In this document: positions 1 through 13,860 of the stretch, in pieces
Numbering within the stretch: the stretch's first letter is position 1
Layout of the letters: each line of letters opens with the position of its first letter
From: Glaucostegus cemiculus
Lineage: Eukaryota
Assembly (NCBI GenBank): GCA_976551045.1
Contig: CDPCPM010000370.1
Span: 1,674,001 to 1,738,000, forward strand
Direction: 5' to 3'
DNA: 64,000 nt
The notes under the pieces: generated by a model
What the model was told of the DNA's origin: nothing
Seen by the model: the letters and a program-made list of their open reading frames with translations, nothing else
Database searches by the model: none
Position numbers and translations under genes: made by a program

Positions 1-620
1 AATTTTCCATCCTGCTTTAAATCTAACTTCCAGATGTGTATCACTTCAGTACTTTTGGTTTGAACACAATCTTCCACCTCTCAGCACAGATCTGTGTTCG
101 ATCAATATCCTGTTACAATCAACAGCAACTTCTACACTGTCCACAACGCCACCAAACGTTGTATCATCAGCAAACTTACGACGTCACCCTGCCGCAACCT
201 CATCCAACTCATTTATAAAAATCAGAAAGTACAGGGGTCCCAGAACGGATCCTTGCGGAACACCACTGGTCACCGACTTAGAGGCAGAATAAACTCGATC
301 TTTCACCACACTCTGTCCTCTGAGAGCCAACCAATTCTGAATCCACAAAGCCAGATGTCCCTCGACCCCTTGCCTGCTGACTTTCTGAATGAGCTTCCCA
401 TGAGGAATCTGATCAAATGGATACGAAAACCTATATAAACCATATCCACGGTTCTTCTTCATCTGTGTGATTTATCACATTTTCCACGGGTTCAGTCAGG
501 TGCATGAAGCACGAACTGCCCCTCTGAAAGCCCTGCTGACTGTCCCTCGTCAGCCTCTGATTCTCCAAATTGCCATAAATTTGCTCTAAGAATATTGGAC
601 AATAATTGTCATAATTTGGT
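1..620 (-). mobile_element. CR1-type LINE reverse-transcriptase fragment (in the JH-CH intron)
   Basis: Minus-strand ORFs read 'VTSGVPQGSVLGPLYFLIFINELD' and 'RDSQQGFQRGSSCFMHL', typical CR1 RT motifs; frameshifted. Confidence 0.85.
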
Positions 621-3546
621 GACAAAATGCTCCTTTTATAATCATGACGGCAAATTGGAAATTACGTCACTGAGATCTTCGGCGACACTGCGCAACTGAG
701 CGCAGAAGAACAAGGGAATAGAATGTGGTCTCGATATAGATAGCATTAAAGTATTGTTGCAACCCTTGACATTTCAAAAACTGCAATATGATCCTATCAG
801 TCGGGTGAGTGTCAAGAAAAAGTGAGGCTTGATCTGTTTTCATAGCAAATTAATATACACATTGATCCGTGTTGTTCAACAAGACATAAATTTTACCTGC
901 TTCCACCAGGTGAGCGAAATATCACAGCACATCAAATGGGAATTTTCAGACAATCGATAATTGCATGAATAAATGACTACCTTTGGAACAGTATGTCTCA
1001 GATAAAACATATTTGTCATTTTCAATAGATGTCTGTCTGTCTTCATTCCAAATCAACATGATGTTTTGGATTGTATTTAATTTCGATTCCTGAATAGAAT
1101 ACATTTCGTCTGATCATTATTCGGGTCGTTACTCCAAATAATCAGAGTTAAGAAGGAAAAAATCGCACTAATTGTGCTGTGGTGCAGGACTGTGGTTTAT
1201 CTTTTTAACATTGTTATGCCAGCGACCATAAAATGGGAAAAGCTGGAAATAACTTATCACAATGTGGTTGCTGGAAATGGCCCCAAAATGTCCATCAGAC
1301 CAAGCGGTCTCAGAGAATGAATGGAATTTGAAAGGAAGCTCCGTTACTTTATGACATATGAAACAAAATTAGTCTAGTGCTCCCCATTATTCACGAGAAA
1401 AGGGTGATCCTTATTTATGTACTGATAATTAATGGATGGAAATTTAAAAAAAAAGCATCAGTGAAAATTGGACATTACATTTTCATTCAAACTGCTAACC
1501 AAGATTTCATTCATGAGGATTAAAGAGAACTATGTCAAAGTAATGCCGGAATGAGTTTTCATTACTCACCATAACTGTTAGAATGTAAAAGCAACAAACG
1601 CGTCCTAACAGCATGTTACTCTTTCGGAATTAAAAGGAGAGGCGTCACTTTTGATTATCTATTTGTGTACCATGATGGAAAAGGCCGCACTCTAGCTGAA
1701 TTTAATAACAATTAACTGAAAAAAAATGATGAATACAGTGACGATTAATTGTGTTCCCTGCTGTTTTAAAACCATTTTACTTTTATAATAATGGTTTTGT
1801 CACTCAACAACAAATTATATTCTACGACTACCATCGCATCACTGTGAAAAAAAATCATTGCTTTGTTTTAATTAGCAACTATAATTTGTTGAAGAGAACC
1901 TATTTTCATTCGTCGTTTCCACAAGTGGTCTGCCTTTCCTTGGAGACTAATTTTACTGGTAAAATTCAATGACATGATATCAATGTTTCAACTCAGCTGA
2001 ATGCAACACTACTTTGAAGAATACACGAACCCTTCATTGTTACACATTATTCATTCTTTCGTGGAAGGCAGATGATGAGGGAAAAGCATTTGCGAATTTC
2101 CTTAGAATTTCCTCAATGTTCGTTTTCCATGACTATAAGTATTCTTTAATTTGTTAATCATGAACTTTCAAATGAAGGAACATTTTACGTGTGAAAGACA
2201 ATGAATCCAAGACTAATATTTGAAATTCAAATCGTCATTCCGATAAATGGATGCATTCAGAGATATATACATTATACTTAAGACCCGAACTTTGCTCATT
2301 TTCAGTCCAAATTATTTTCAGATCTTTTTAAAATGTGTATTAACACAGAACATAGCGTAGACTTCCAGGATGTCAGGCGGCATCTGCGGAACGAGAAACC
2401 GAGTTCAACCCGAAGACCCTTCGAGGACGGATTATTTCAAGGGATATTCAAGCAGAACGTGAACTCGGTTTCTCTTTCCGCACGCGCTGCGTGACCTGCA
2501 GAATTGATTGGTTTCATATCAGCAATGTGATCTTTAGCATCTGGATCTTTTTAATTGCTCGTTTTAAAAATTCCTTTCTTGTTTGTCTTTCATCATTTCA
2601 TCTAATCCGACGTTTCGTGTAACAACAACAGTCTCTGGCACTCGAATGAAATGTTCAGAAGCGCCAACCGCAGCTACAGATCTAAAATACACATTATCTC
2701 CCTCAGAAAATGAACCACTGATACTGCTGATCGGCTGCGTCACAAAACAGAACTATTCGAATCCTTTTCGTAATGATAAACTTGAAAAATATCTCCATTC
2801 AAAGGCCGAAAACCTTGCACGCATTGAGCCAAGCATTGTAAAATTAATCCAAATGTAAAAAAAAAGGAACACGGTTTGTTATCACATGGATCGTGTGTAT
2901 CCATTCGTAATTTTGTGGCACAATGGTAACATTGGTTACACTTGCGCTTCTTGGTAATTCTAGCTATATTAGTGAAAATTCTCCAAGCGTGCAAACCTTG
3001 AAGATCTGTTGCTTTTCATTACAAGAAAATGTAACTTATGCCATTCAATCTTTGCTAGAGATCAGATCAACAGACGGCAATGTGAGTCCACGAGTTGACA
3101 CATACATTTCAGAAAAGACGGTTGTTATGCCCCGGCCATTTACACGTTTTTATTTTGTCTTATACACTATACTATCACATAACACCTACAGAAAAATAAC
3201 GTGTCTGCTGTAGGTCAGAAAAAGCTGTTATGTAATTTCCAAGTTAATCATCGAAAACATGTTGATGAATAGAAAACTGTCAAGCTCTTGTGGGCACACA
3301 AGAAAAGGATTTTCATGAGTAAATTAGCATGAAGTGAAATCAACCCCAGAGCTAATGCAGCAGCAGAACTCAGCATGAAAAGAAAACAAAACTCGAGTAC
3401 CTCTCTTTCGTAGAACTATGAGTTTGAGAATCAAAATCAGTGCTAAATTCTGGAGATTGCAAAACATACAAACCAGAACAAATTTCCAAAACTACACGAA
3501 AAAAAAACAAATTGCAACAGTTAGAGAATAAGGACTCGTTTCTTAC

Positions 3547-3594
3547 CGTTAGTCACAGTCACCATGGTGCCTCCTCCCCAGTATTCAAGTCCGT
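3547..3594 (-). CDS. IGHJ: IgH joining segment JH (GLEYWGGGTMVTVTN)
   Basis: WGxG motif and GTAAGA splice donor at 3546-3541. RSS on plus strand: CACGATG (3595-3601) + 23 bp + ACAGTAACT (3625-3633). Confidence 0.93.
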
Positions 3595-3986
3595 CACGAT
3601 GTTACGTTCCATGGGCTCCATCATACAGTAACTTTATTTTTGAGGAACAGACAGAAAGCAAAATTTTCTTTAAATTCTCATATTTAATTTAAGAGGAAGC
3701 CAGTATTGCTGTTATAAACTGTGGCTGGTTGAAGGAAACATTCCAACCGACAAAAAATTGCAATAGTGCGATATATCAGACAGGTAAATGAAATGTGACT
3801 TCAGTATGTTTTTTCGAGATAAATGATAATTCACCACCTATTAGGCATGCACTAAACCTTGCTAAAGTTGCCTGGGCATAGTTAGGACTTCGCTGCATGA
3901 ACAATTGGTTTCATATTTTGAACTCTGACCCAATACCACACAATCAGCAGCTGAGCTTCTTTTTTGCATTGACGGGAACGGCTGTG

Positions 3987-3998
3987 CCATCCATTTTA
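3987..3998 (-). other. IGHD: IgH D2 segment (TAAAATGGATGG) with 12/12 RSS
   Basis: Flanked by CACAGTG (3999-4005)+12 bp+TCCAATACC and, on the minus strand, CACAGCC (3986-3980)+12 bp+GCAAAAAAG; matches the elasmobranch D2 12/12 pattern. Confidence 0.88.
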
Positions 3999-4364
3999 CA
4001 CAGTGAGACACGCCATGTCCAATACCCTACAGGTTGACTGCTGAAGAATGATCAAGTCGAATCCCATTTCGCCCTGAGAATCATCATTTGCGCAGCGCTG
4101 ACAGGGTGCACTACTGGGATTTTTCACCATGTACTGCTCACTGCCATAGATTAAGCAAACCATTGTCCGTCCGCAGCACATGTAAAATTGGCTGTAACAG
4201 CATCGACGACCGTTACATTTTTTGATGGTCTCTTTTATTTTAGACATTTCCTTTATATTTAAATCCCTTGCTCTCAGCATCCCCTGCCCTCCTGGTAAGT
4301 TTAAACAAGGGAAAATTAGTTGCTTGGGTTTTTGTACATGAGGCTGGCTGTTTGCAGCTCCGTG

Positions 4365-4378
4365 ACCCACTGTTGTAG
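4365..4378 (-). other. IGHD: IgH D1 segment (CTACAACAGTGGGT) with 12/22 RSS
   Basis: 5' RSS CACAGTG (4379-4385)+12 bp+ACAAGAACT; 3' RSS CACGGAG (4364-4358)+22 bp+ACAAAAACC (4335-4327); matches the elasmobranch D1 12/22 pattern. Confidence 0.9.
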
Positions 4379-4757
4379 CACAGTGAAGCGGACCAGAACA
4401 AGAACTATACTCTCTGTTCGGCATCAGGCTTCGCTCAAAATAAACACCATACTGGTTAAGAAATGCTCCAAAGGTTCACAAATACCACTAAATATGAATG
4501 CAACCTCAATCTTCACACTGTATGCATGGCTTGCATTAAACCTAGCATGTTATCCGATTCTGCAATGCAAACGATGTTGGTGTTACAGAGGAGAAAAGGG
4601 CAAAGTATCACATCAGTGTGGTACGTTAGTACTCCCTTTTCAGGCAGTCACTGATGCATTTTAAAAATCCATACTCACCGTGAATTTACTTTGGAAAATG
4701 ATGGTTTTACCATCATGCTGTTCTTATGCGGATCCAACCATGGATCCGATCACCGTG

Positions 4758-5268
4758 TCTTTTGCACAATAATAGACGGCGGTGTCTTGTGTCCTCAGGT
4801 CCTTCACGTCCACGGCGAAAATGTTGTTTGAAGTGTCTTTAGACGGAGTAAATCTGTTCTGAATCCCAGAGGCGTAGTACTGGTAAGAAGAACTGTAGTA
4901 TGCAAGCAGCCACTCCAGCCCCTTCCCGGGGACCTGACGAACCAAGCACATATAGTAGCTACCGAGAGAGAACCCGCTGGTTTTACAGGTCAGTTTCAGA
5001 GAGTCTCCGGGTCTGGCGGTCTCGGCCTTCGGTTGAGTCAACGTGACATCAGAATGGACACCTGTCAGTTTAATAAAAAAAAAACAACAAGAAATCTGAT
5101 GATTAATCTTGGGCCAATAATTACTCTCTGTCTAATTTCTGAGAAGAAAAATGTGCTGAGAGGAACGGAGGGTGACAACTGAATCAGCGCCGTTCAGAAA
5201 TTTGTCCAGCAGAATTACTTACGGGAGAAGAACGCCAAAAACAGGCTGAGTAAAGTCGCCGACCACAT
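4758..5268 (-). CDS. IGHV: IgM-type VH gene segment (leader 5268-5223, V exon 5061-4758); open frame, conserved Trp41 replaced by Leu
   Basis: Leader [15 protein letters not shown] with GTAAGT donor; acceptor CAG at 5064-5062. V exon [47 protein letters not shown]...DTAVYYCAK; heptamer CACGGTG at 4757-4751 with a weak nonamer (CATAAGAAC or ATAAGAACA). Confidence 0.95.
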
Positions 5269-5282
5269 TCCGGCGGGAAATG

Positions 5283-5367
5283 TGACGTGATTGATTCTGC
5301 CGAGATCCTTGCAACTGACCAGCTGCAGGGCAGTTGGATTGTGGAGAATGTGAGAGACATTTAAATA
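5283..5367 (-). promoter_or_regulatory. Putative VH promoter: TATA-like TATTTAAAT (5367-5359) and CRE-like TGACGTGA (5283-5290); no perfect octamer seen
   Basis: Motifs read within 100 bp upstream of the VH ATG; shark VH promoters are known to lack the mammalian octamer. Confidence 0.45.
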
Positions 5368-6439
5368 CCCGTCAAAAAGGGGCGCGGTTGTGGGTGGCGC
5401 CTGATGGTTGAGAGGGGCGACTGCCGGAGCAAAGCCGCCCCTCCCACAGAACCGTCAGGATTGAATCATACCTTGATACTTGTTAACAGCTGTAGATTAG
5501 ATGTGCATCACTTCAGTTAACATTAGCAGGTACCCACCACGCGATTTACAGGGTATCATTATCATCATTATAATCCAGCAGTATACTGATATCTCGCAAT
5601 GTCAGTACAGTAAGTTTTCTGGAACAGACAATGATCATTTCTCTGTTAACTCCAGCAAGAAAATAAATCCAATTATGTTGTATTGTGGATTGAATTTAAA
5701 TTAGACGCTGCTGACCACGTTGACAGGTTGAACTGACTTTCATGCAAAGAGTTAGAAGAGACTGGCAGAGGTTGTTGATGAAATCTATTCAGAGTTAATT
5801 AACCTTGATGGCCTGCGCTAATTTTCGCTATCAATTTATTTCCCTTTTTCGTGGCTTTGAAAGAGTCTTTAATTCTGCAAATCCATCGCTTCGGCCAGTG
5901 TGAACTATCTAAGCTATTTAATATCATCATTAATACGATAATATATGGATTGTGTTAAAGTTGCTGTTCTTGTTAAGCAATGATGCGTTTGGGAAGACAC
6001 AAGTTCATTTACATTAGATCAGACCACAGGCTGCTTATTCTATGCTGATATACCATTGTATAATCGTATCGATTAAATTGTCAAATGTCCAACTTCATTT
6101 GTGTCAAACTATCTCTCATGAAAATTGGCTTCGTCCATGACTGGTGTCATCTCTGTTTGAAATACTAACACTTACAGGAAACATCTGGACTTCGGCGAAC
6201 AAAATGAGAACAGCGTTCTCGCTGTCAACCACCAAGACGAAAGACACTTTAAACTGTCAATGAGGTCAGCCGCGTCCAGCTCAAAGCAAATCTACAAAAC
6301 GACACTTTTGTTTCTATTTAATTATCTCGATGTGATTAGCGATTTCGAAATCCCAGGATAATGAACCGTACAAGTGTAAGGAACACAGCGAGTAAAGGCA
6401 ATAACTGAAGAATATGTCCAGTAGAGCAGAGACACAGGT

Positions 6440-7280
6440 GGAAACAGACATAAAGAATCAGAAGAAGACAAATGACTGAGTGAGAGAGAGAGATAGAGAG
6501 ACAGACAGACAAAGAGAAATGAGGAGGGAGATAGATAGACAGACAGATAGAGAGACAGAAATACAGACATANNNNNNNNNNNNNNNNNNNNNNNNNNNNN
6601 NNNNNNNNNNNNNNNNNNNNNNNNNNNNNNNNNNNNNNNNNNNNNNNNNNNNNNNNNNNNNNNNNNNNNNNNNNNNNNNNNNNNNNNNNNNNNNNNNNNN
6701 NNNNNNNNNNNNNNNNNNNNNNNNNNNNNNNNNNNNNNNNNNNNNNNNNNNNNNNNNNNNNNNNNNNNNNNNNNNNNNNNNNNNNNNNNNNNNNNNNNNN
6801 NNNNNNNNNNNNNNNNNNNNNNNNNNNNNNNNNNNNNNNNNNNNNNNNNNNNNNNNNNNNNNNNNNNNNNNNNNNNNNNNNNNNNNNNNNNNNNNNNNNN
6901 NNNNNNNNNNNNNNACAGATAATTGGATCTGTGGATAGAAAGCCAGGCAGAGAGCAGAGATAGAGAGACAGACAGACGGACGAATAGATAGGTAGATCTA
7001 TAGATAGATAGACAAATCGATAGCTAGAGAGGAAGATTGAAAGGTTGGAGACAGAGAAGTAGAGAAGGATTTTTTGTCCAGAAAGAGCAAAGCATNNNNN
7101 NNNNNNNNNNNNNNNNNNNNNNNNNNNNNNNNNNNNNNNNNNNNNNNNNNNNNNNNNNNNNNNNNNNNNNNNNNNNNNNNNNNNNNNNNNNNNNNNNNNN
7201 NNNNNNNNNNNNNNNNNNNNNNNNNNNNNNNNNNNNATGGATATGTTAAAACCAGACAGACACATAGACAGGCAGACAGA
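6440..7280. repeat. (GA/GATA/GACA)n microsatellite region with two assembly gaps
   Basis: Simple repeats flanking two N runs. Confidence 0.85.
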
Positions 7281-8229
7281 GATTCAGGCAATAAATGCAC
7301 AGTTAGACACACAGGCCGACGGATTTCAAAATAATTTCATTGTGCCTGCCAAGGATGAATTCCATACCTTGGGCACTCATGTTTATACAATACCAAGGTC
7401 TGCCCCACCCCAACCTTCATCTGCCGTGACAATAATCAGTTTTGTTGTTCCACTTTTAGTCGGAGGTCTGTAGTGGTGCCGGGATAACCAGCCGTCAAAA
7501 TGAAACACACAATAAACACAAACAAATTGTTCCGAAGTCATTAAAGCCTCGTAAGGAGAAGATTCAAACACATGGCGCAGCATAGATGGACTACATCTCA
7601 GGGAATTCACTGGAAAAACTCATTGTGTGAGCCAACAGTAGTGGAGATGAAAGTGTGTTTTAAAGTTCAGCATTAGGAATGTTCCCATCAGCGTTGCTGG
7701 TCAGATGACTTTCCCCCGATAGATGTTTGCTCAGATGAAGAAAGAACATGCAGTTATTTCCAATGTTAATGAAAGACAATTAGGATATTTGATGTAGCGT
7801 GTGGTACAATATTTGTAGTGAACTGGCTCAAACTACGATATCCTGGGTATCACATCAATCTCAAAGAAGATAATTGGGAGAAGGTATAATTGGCCGACTG
7901 TGAAGAAAACACAGAAGAATGGGAATTTCTCAAACAGCTGGAAAGAATGCAAAATAAGTGTCATGTATGTGTGTTATTGTAAAGTTTTCGTTTGTGCCGT
8001 TAGTGTCTCCGCACTGAATAATGCTGAAACTGGTTTTGGTATTGGCTTATTCTTGTCACTCGTACCGAGCGGCAGTGGAAGAACTTGTCATGCACACCGA
8101 TCGTATAAGTGCAGTTATACTGAGATAGTCCAGAGTGCATTGATGTAGTACAGGTCAAAACAATATCAGTGCCGAGTAAAGTGTCACAACCACAAAGAAA
8201 GTGCAGTGCAAGAACGTGAAAAGTCACAA

Positions 8230-9200
8230 CAAGGTATATCGTGAAATCATAGTCTATCTCATTGTGTAAGGGAACCGTTCAATAGTCTTATCACAGTGGA
8301 GGTAGAAGCTGTCATGAAATCTGGTGGTACGTGTCCTAGGGCTCCTGTATGTCCTTGATTGAAAAGGAGAGAATCGTAAATGTGGTGGGTGGGTGAGGTC
8401 TTAAGATTATGCTGGTTGCTTGGCCAAGACAACGAGAATAAAGACAGATTTCAATGAGGGGAGGCTGCTGTCCGTGATGCAATAGGCTGCGTCCACAACT
8501 CTGTGAAGTTTCTTTGAGGTCCTGGGAAGGGCAGTTGCCGTACCAAGCCGTGATACATCCAGATGGGATGCTTTCTGTGGTGCATCGATACTATTGCTGA
8601 GAGTCTAAGCGGATAAACCAAATGTCTAAATCCTCCTCAGGAAGTTGAGGAGCTGTTGAGATTTCATGACTGTGGGATCGACGTGAGTTGACCAGGACAG
8701 GCTGTTGGTGATGTTCACAACCATGAACTTGAAACTCTCAAACCGCTCGACCTCAGCACCATTGATGTAGATGGTACCAGTACACCGCCCCCTTTACTGA
8801 AGTCAATGACCAGCTCTTTAGCTTTGTTGACATTGAGGGATAGTTGTCATGAAACCATTCCACTAAGCTCTCCGTCTCCTTCCTGTAATCCTCCTGACCA
8901 CTGTTTGAGATACGACCTACAACGGTGCTAGCATCAGCAAATTTCTGGATGGAGATAGAGCAGAATCTAGCCACACAGTCATGAGTGTATAGGGAGAACA
9001 AGTGCTGAGGACGCAGCCCTGTAGGGCACCACTGATGAGCAGAATCGTGCCGGAGGTGTTGCTGCCAATCCTCACACATTATGGTATGTTTGTTTGAATG
9101 TCAAGGATCCAGTGACAGAGGGAGATGTTGAGTCCGAGTTATCGGAGTTTGGTGACAAGCTTTCTTGGGAACCGATGTTGTTGTCAAGTACGGAATATGA
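8230..9200 (-). mobile_element. Rex1/Babar-like non-LTR retrotransposon RT fragment
   Basis: 'FSLYTHDCVARFCSISIQKFADASTVVGRISNSGQEDYRKETESLVEW' is a degenerate RT (F/Y)ADD region. Confidence 0.75.
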
Positions 9201-10289
9201 AACATTTTCGCTGTTAACACAACGTTTCAGGGAAGGATTGACTAAAGTGAACATGGAGTCTATTTTTTATTATTTGTCTTGGAGAGAAAAGATCCATAGA
9301 CGTGGGACAATGTCACTGATGAAGCAAGCTGTTGAGTGATTTGCATTTCTGTCACGTTATTTCTGTTCTGTTCTGTTGGGGGAAGATTTAATCTGCTTTT
9401 ATCCCTCAGAGATCGTATCTGGGCCTGGTGCTGGTATATTTAGTGTTTATTTAAATCGGCTCATCACTGCTTACCATCTATTTATATAACAACAGAAACA
9501 GGTCAACACAGGGACATGATTAGTCTCATCTGGGGAGTGGATTTATTTTAAACATATGGATAATTAGTGCAAAATGAACTGCGTTCTCTGAAAGAAAATG
9601 TTTTGTTATATTTTTGTTCAAATACAATCGTTCTGATTTATCCCCTGAAGATATGTTTAATAAACAAATCACCGGAGATTTTTCTACATTTAAAATCGAT
9701 GCGACATTTCTGAAGATACCGAAATGAATGTCTACTTGCAAACATTTAACTGCAGTGATATCAATGAGGATGTACATGACAGCAGGAGAGGCTACGGCCC
9801 TTCGCCAGCTCTTAGTAGTTTTTTTTCCAGAAGGTCCCTCCTCTCCTTGGTTTACATTTGATAATTCTCCGATGAACGTAATCCACTTCAGTCTTTCTGT
9901 CACCGTGTCACATAACACTTCTCCCTCACTCTCTCCCACCTTCTCTCTCTCTCTCTCCCTCCTTCAGTTGCACCGAATTGCTTTCTATCCATATTGCACG
10001 AGACCTTAACTGTTAAATAAGGACTGCGCTCTGCCGCACTACAGTGTACATTGGTACGTAGCAATACAGTAGGCCTCGTCTCTCCAGTTATTTGACAGCG
10101 TCGTGTCGGGTTCTGTTGCACAAGAAAGCTGGTTACAGCCCACGTGAAATACTCACTGTTTATATTATATTTGACCCTGGTTCTGTGGATATTACATTCT
10201 GCTATGTAATGGTCCATGTAACAGAACCACGTTACAACGGCACCCACCACTCTCTGTACAAAAAAATATACCCTGACATCCCCCTATAC

Positions 10290-13200
10290 CTTCCTCCAAT
10301 CACCTTAAAATTATGACGCGCAGTGTTAGCCATTGTTGCAACGGGAAACATTCTCTGACTGTCCACTATCTATGCCTCTTAGCATATTGTACTATTCTAT
10401 TAAGTCACCTCTCATCCTCTTTCCCTCCAAAGAGAAAAGCCCTAGCTCGCTCAACCTGTCCTCAAAGGACATGCTCTCCAATCAAGGCCATATCCTGGGA
10501 AATCTCCTCAGCACCCTCCCTGAAGCTTCCATTCCGTTCTCTAATGAGGCGACCAGAACTGGACACAATACTACAGCTGTGGTCTGACCAGATTTCTCTA
10601 GAGCTGCAACATCACCTCGCTGCTCTTGAACTCGATACCCACACAGATAGAGGCCAACGCTCCATACGCCTTCTTAACTACCCTATCGTACTGCGTGGCA
10701 ACCTTGAGAGAGCTATGGATGTGGACCCCAAAATCCCTCAGTTTCTCCACACTGTTAAGAGTCCGCCATGAAACTTGTATTCTGTTTTCGAATTCGAAGT
10801 GATTCATCTCACACTGATGCGGGTTGAACTCCATCTGCTACTTCTCACTCCAGCTCTGCGTTCTATCAATATCCTTCTGTAATCTACGCCAAACTTCTAC
10901 ACTATCCACAACACCAACATATCATTAGCAAACTTCCCAACCCAGCATCCACACCCGCATTCAAGTCATTTATAACAATAGCAAAGAGCAGGAGTTCCAG
11001 AACAGATCCCTGTGGAACAGCACTGGTCACCGACCTCAAGGCAGAATACGCTCTATCTACAATCATTCTCTGACTTCTTTGAACGTGCCAATTCTGAATG
11101 CACACATACAGGTTTCTCTGTTTGCCATGCCTCCTGACTTTCTGAATAATACTACCATGATGAACCGTATCAAATGCCTTAGTAAAATCCATGTACAAGA
11201 CATCCACTGCTCTACTTCAACAATGTGTTTTGTCATATCCTCAAGTAATTCAATCCGGCTCGTGAGGCACGACCTGCCCCTCACAAAACCCGGCTGACTG
11301 TCCCTAATCAGCCAATGTTTCTCGAAATGTCCATAAATACTGTCTCTAAGAATCTTCACATAATTTGCCCACCACTGAAGTAAAACTCACTGGTCTGCAA
11401 TTCCCAGTGGTGTGCATACTTCCTTTCATAAACAAAGGAACAAATTTCTAAACAACATTTTTCCACCTCCTAATCATCTGGCACGACTCCTGTGGACAGC
11501 GAGTACACAATGATCGTCGCCAAAGGCGCAGCAAACTCTTCGCCAGCTTCCCGTAATAACCTTGAATATATTCCACAGCAGGCTTCGGTAAGTTATCTAT
11601 TGTAATGTGTTTTTCAAAAGTTCAAGCGCATCCTCCTTCCTCACATCAACATGCCCCAACATATCTACACAAACGTCAAGGTTCCTCTCTGGTGAATAAC
11701 GAAGAAAAATATTCGTTAAGGACAGCCACTACCTGTTTGGACTTCAGGCACATTTTTCTTTTTTTTATCCCTGATCGGTCCTATCCTCGCTGTTGGCATT
11801 TTCCTGTTGTCCAAATACGTGATGAATGCCCTGGCGTGTTCTATTATCCCACGCGCCAACGAGTCTCATGCCCCCTTTTAGCTCGCCTTAGTCCACACTT
11901 AAGTTATCGCCTGGTCGCATTGTAACTCTACAGACCTCTGTTTGAATCATTTTTTTCTAATCCTTAGGTAATCTTGTTTCTCCTTTTGACAAGATATTCT
12001 ACATCTCCTGTCAACTACGGTTGCTTCACTCTTCCATCCTGATACTGCCTCAATAGAGCAAACATCCAGATCCCCATGCAAGAATTCCTCAAACAAACTC
12101 CATATTTCGGCTGTGCACTTCTCCAAGAATATCTGTTTCCGATTTACACTCCCAAGATCCCGCTTAGCTGCATCATCACTCCCACACACACAGTAAACGA
12201 CTTTCCCATATTCTCTGCTCCTATTCCTCTCCAAGGCGATGGTAAAGGTCAATGGGTTCTGGTTACGATCTCTGAAATACTCTTCCTCCGAGAGATTTGA
12301 AACCTAATCAGGCTCATGGCTTAATATCTGGTCAAGTAAAGCCTCACCTCTCCTCGGCCTGTACGCAAACTGTGTCAGAAATACTTCCTGTACACAACGA
12401 ACAAACTTCGTCCCATCCATCCCTTTTACATTAAAGTTGGTGCCAATCAAAATTAGGGAAGTTGATATCACCCATGACAGCAACCCTGTTATTTTTGCAC
12501 CTCTCCAACGTCTGCCTCGCTATCTGCTTCTCAGCATCTCTGCTGCTACTGGTGGGTCTGGAGTGATCGCTTCATTTCATCTTCTGATTTCTGCACACAC
12601 TGACTCAGGGAACGATTCCTCCAGGACATCGACACTTTCTGCAAACTGTGACGCTGCTGCAGATCAGCAAAACCATTGCCCCCACCTTCATTTCGTCCGC
12701 CACTGTCCTTTCTGAAACATATTAACCCCGAAACATCCAGCAGTCAATCTTGCCCTTCCGACAGCCTATTACCTGTAATGGCCACCACTTCATATTGCCA
12801 AGTCTTTGCCCACTCTCTAAGTTCATTAGCCCTGTTCCTGATACTTCTCTCATTAAAGTCGACAAACTTCAGCAAATCCTACTGACTGTAATGTTGCCCT
12901 TCCAACTGCCTAACTTTCCTCAGAGTCTTTCTGCAATCCGCATCTATTCGTACATTAAATGAACCAAGCTCTGACCGATCACTCTGTTTCCCATGCCACT
13001 GGCAAGCAGGAATAAACCCTTCCCAATAGTTCTAATAAACCTGCCCGCAGGAATATCAGCTCCCCACCAGTTCAGGTGTAACCAGATCATTTTGTACAGG
13101 TCATACCTGACCTAGAAGAGATTCGAATGATCAGCAACATGAAATCCTGACCCCTGAACGAATTTCGCAGCCACGCATTCATCAGCCAAATTATCCTGGT

Positions 13201-13860
13201 TTTACCCTCATTGACACATGGCACAGTCAGCAATCTATAGACCACTACCCTTGACGTTCTGCGTTTCAGCTTCCTGTAAAACTCCCAATATTCCCTCTTT
13301 AGGACCTCACCCATTTTCCTACCTATGTCATTGGTACCATATGTAACACAGCAATGGCTTTTCATACTCCACCATCGGAATGATGTGGACCCAATCCGAG
13401 GCATCCGTGACCCTGGCACCAGGGAGGCAACATGCCATCCGAGAGTCTCTTTCAATCTACTGTGTGCCCGCCTAACTATGGAATCCCCTATGACTACCGC
13501 TCTCCACTTCTCCACATTCACTTCTGCACCACACGACCAGGCTCAGTGCTAGTGACCTGGTCACTGCGCCTTTCCTCTGGGAGGCCGCCTCCCCAATAGT
13601 ATCCAAAGTGGTATTCCTTTTATTGAGGGGAACAGTCACTGAGGTAATCTGCTTTGTATGCCTTTTATCCATCCATCTCCTGACAGTCACCCAGCTACAT
13701 GCCTCCTGCAGCTTCAGAGTGACTACCGCCCTATAGCTCTCGTCTGTGTATCTCTTGGTTTTCCTTTGAGCCGAAGGTTTTCCATCTGCAACTTTAGTTC
13801 CAGGACACGGTCTGTAAGGAGCTGCGGCCTCATGCATCTCTGCCAGATGTAGTTAACTGG
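10290..13860 (-). mobile_element. Degraded, near full-length CR1 LINE (ORF1 SGNH-esterase + ORF2 EN/RT)
   Basis: ORF1-like 'VVIGDSIVRR' and 'GTNDIG'; RT 'DSQPGFVRGRSCLTS', 'DVLYMDFTKAFDTV', 'VTSAVPQGSVL'; many frameshifts. Confidence 0.88.

Noticed and set aside
620-3540. Search for the CH1 exon or a defined intronic enhancer
   Set aside because: No C1-set exon seen (it must lie left of the window); only scattered E-boxes (e.g. CAGGTG ~907), too few to call an enhancer.
6322-7334. Long ORFs of 100-309 aa
   Set aside because: Artefacts of microsatellites and N gaps.
9878-9910. CACGGTG heptamer on the minus strand
   Set aside because: No nonamer at 12 or 23 bp and no V or D coding flank.
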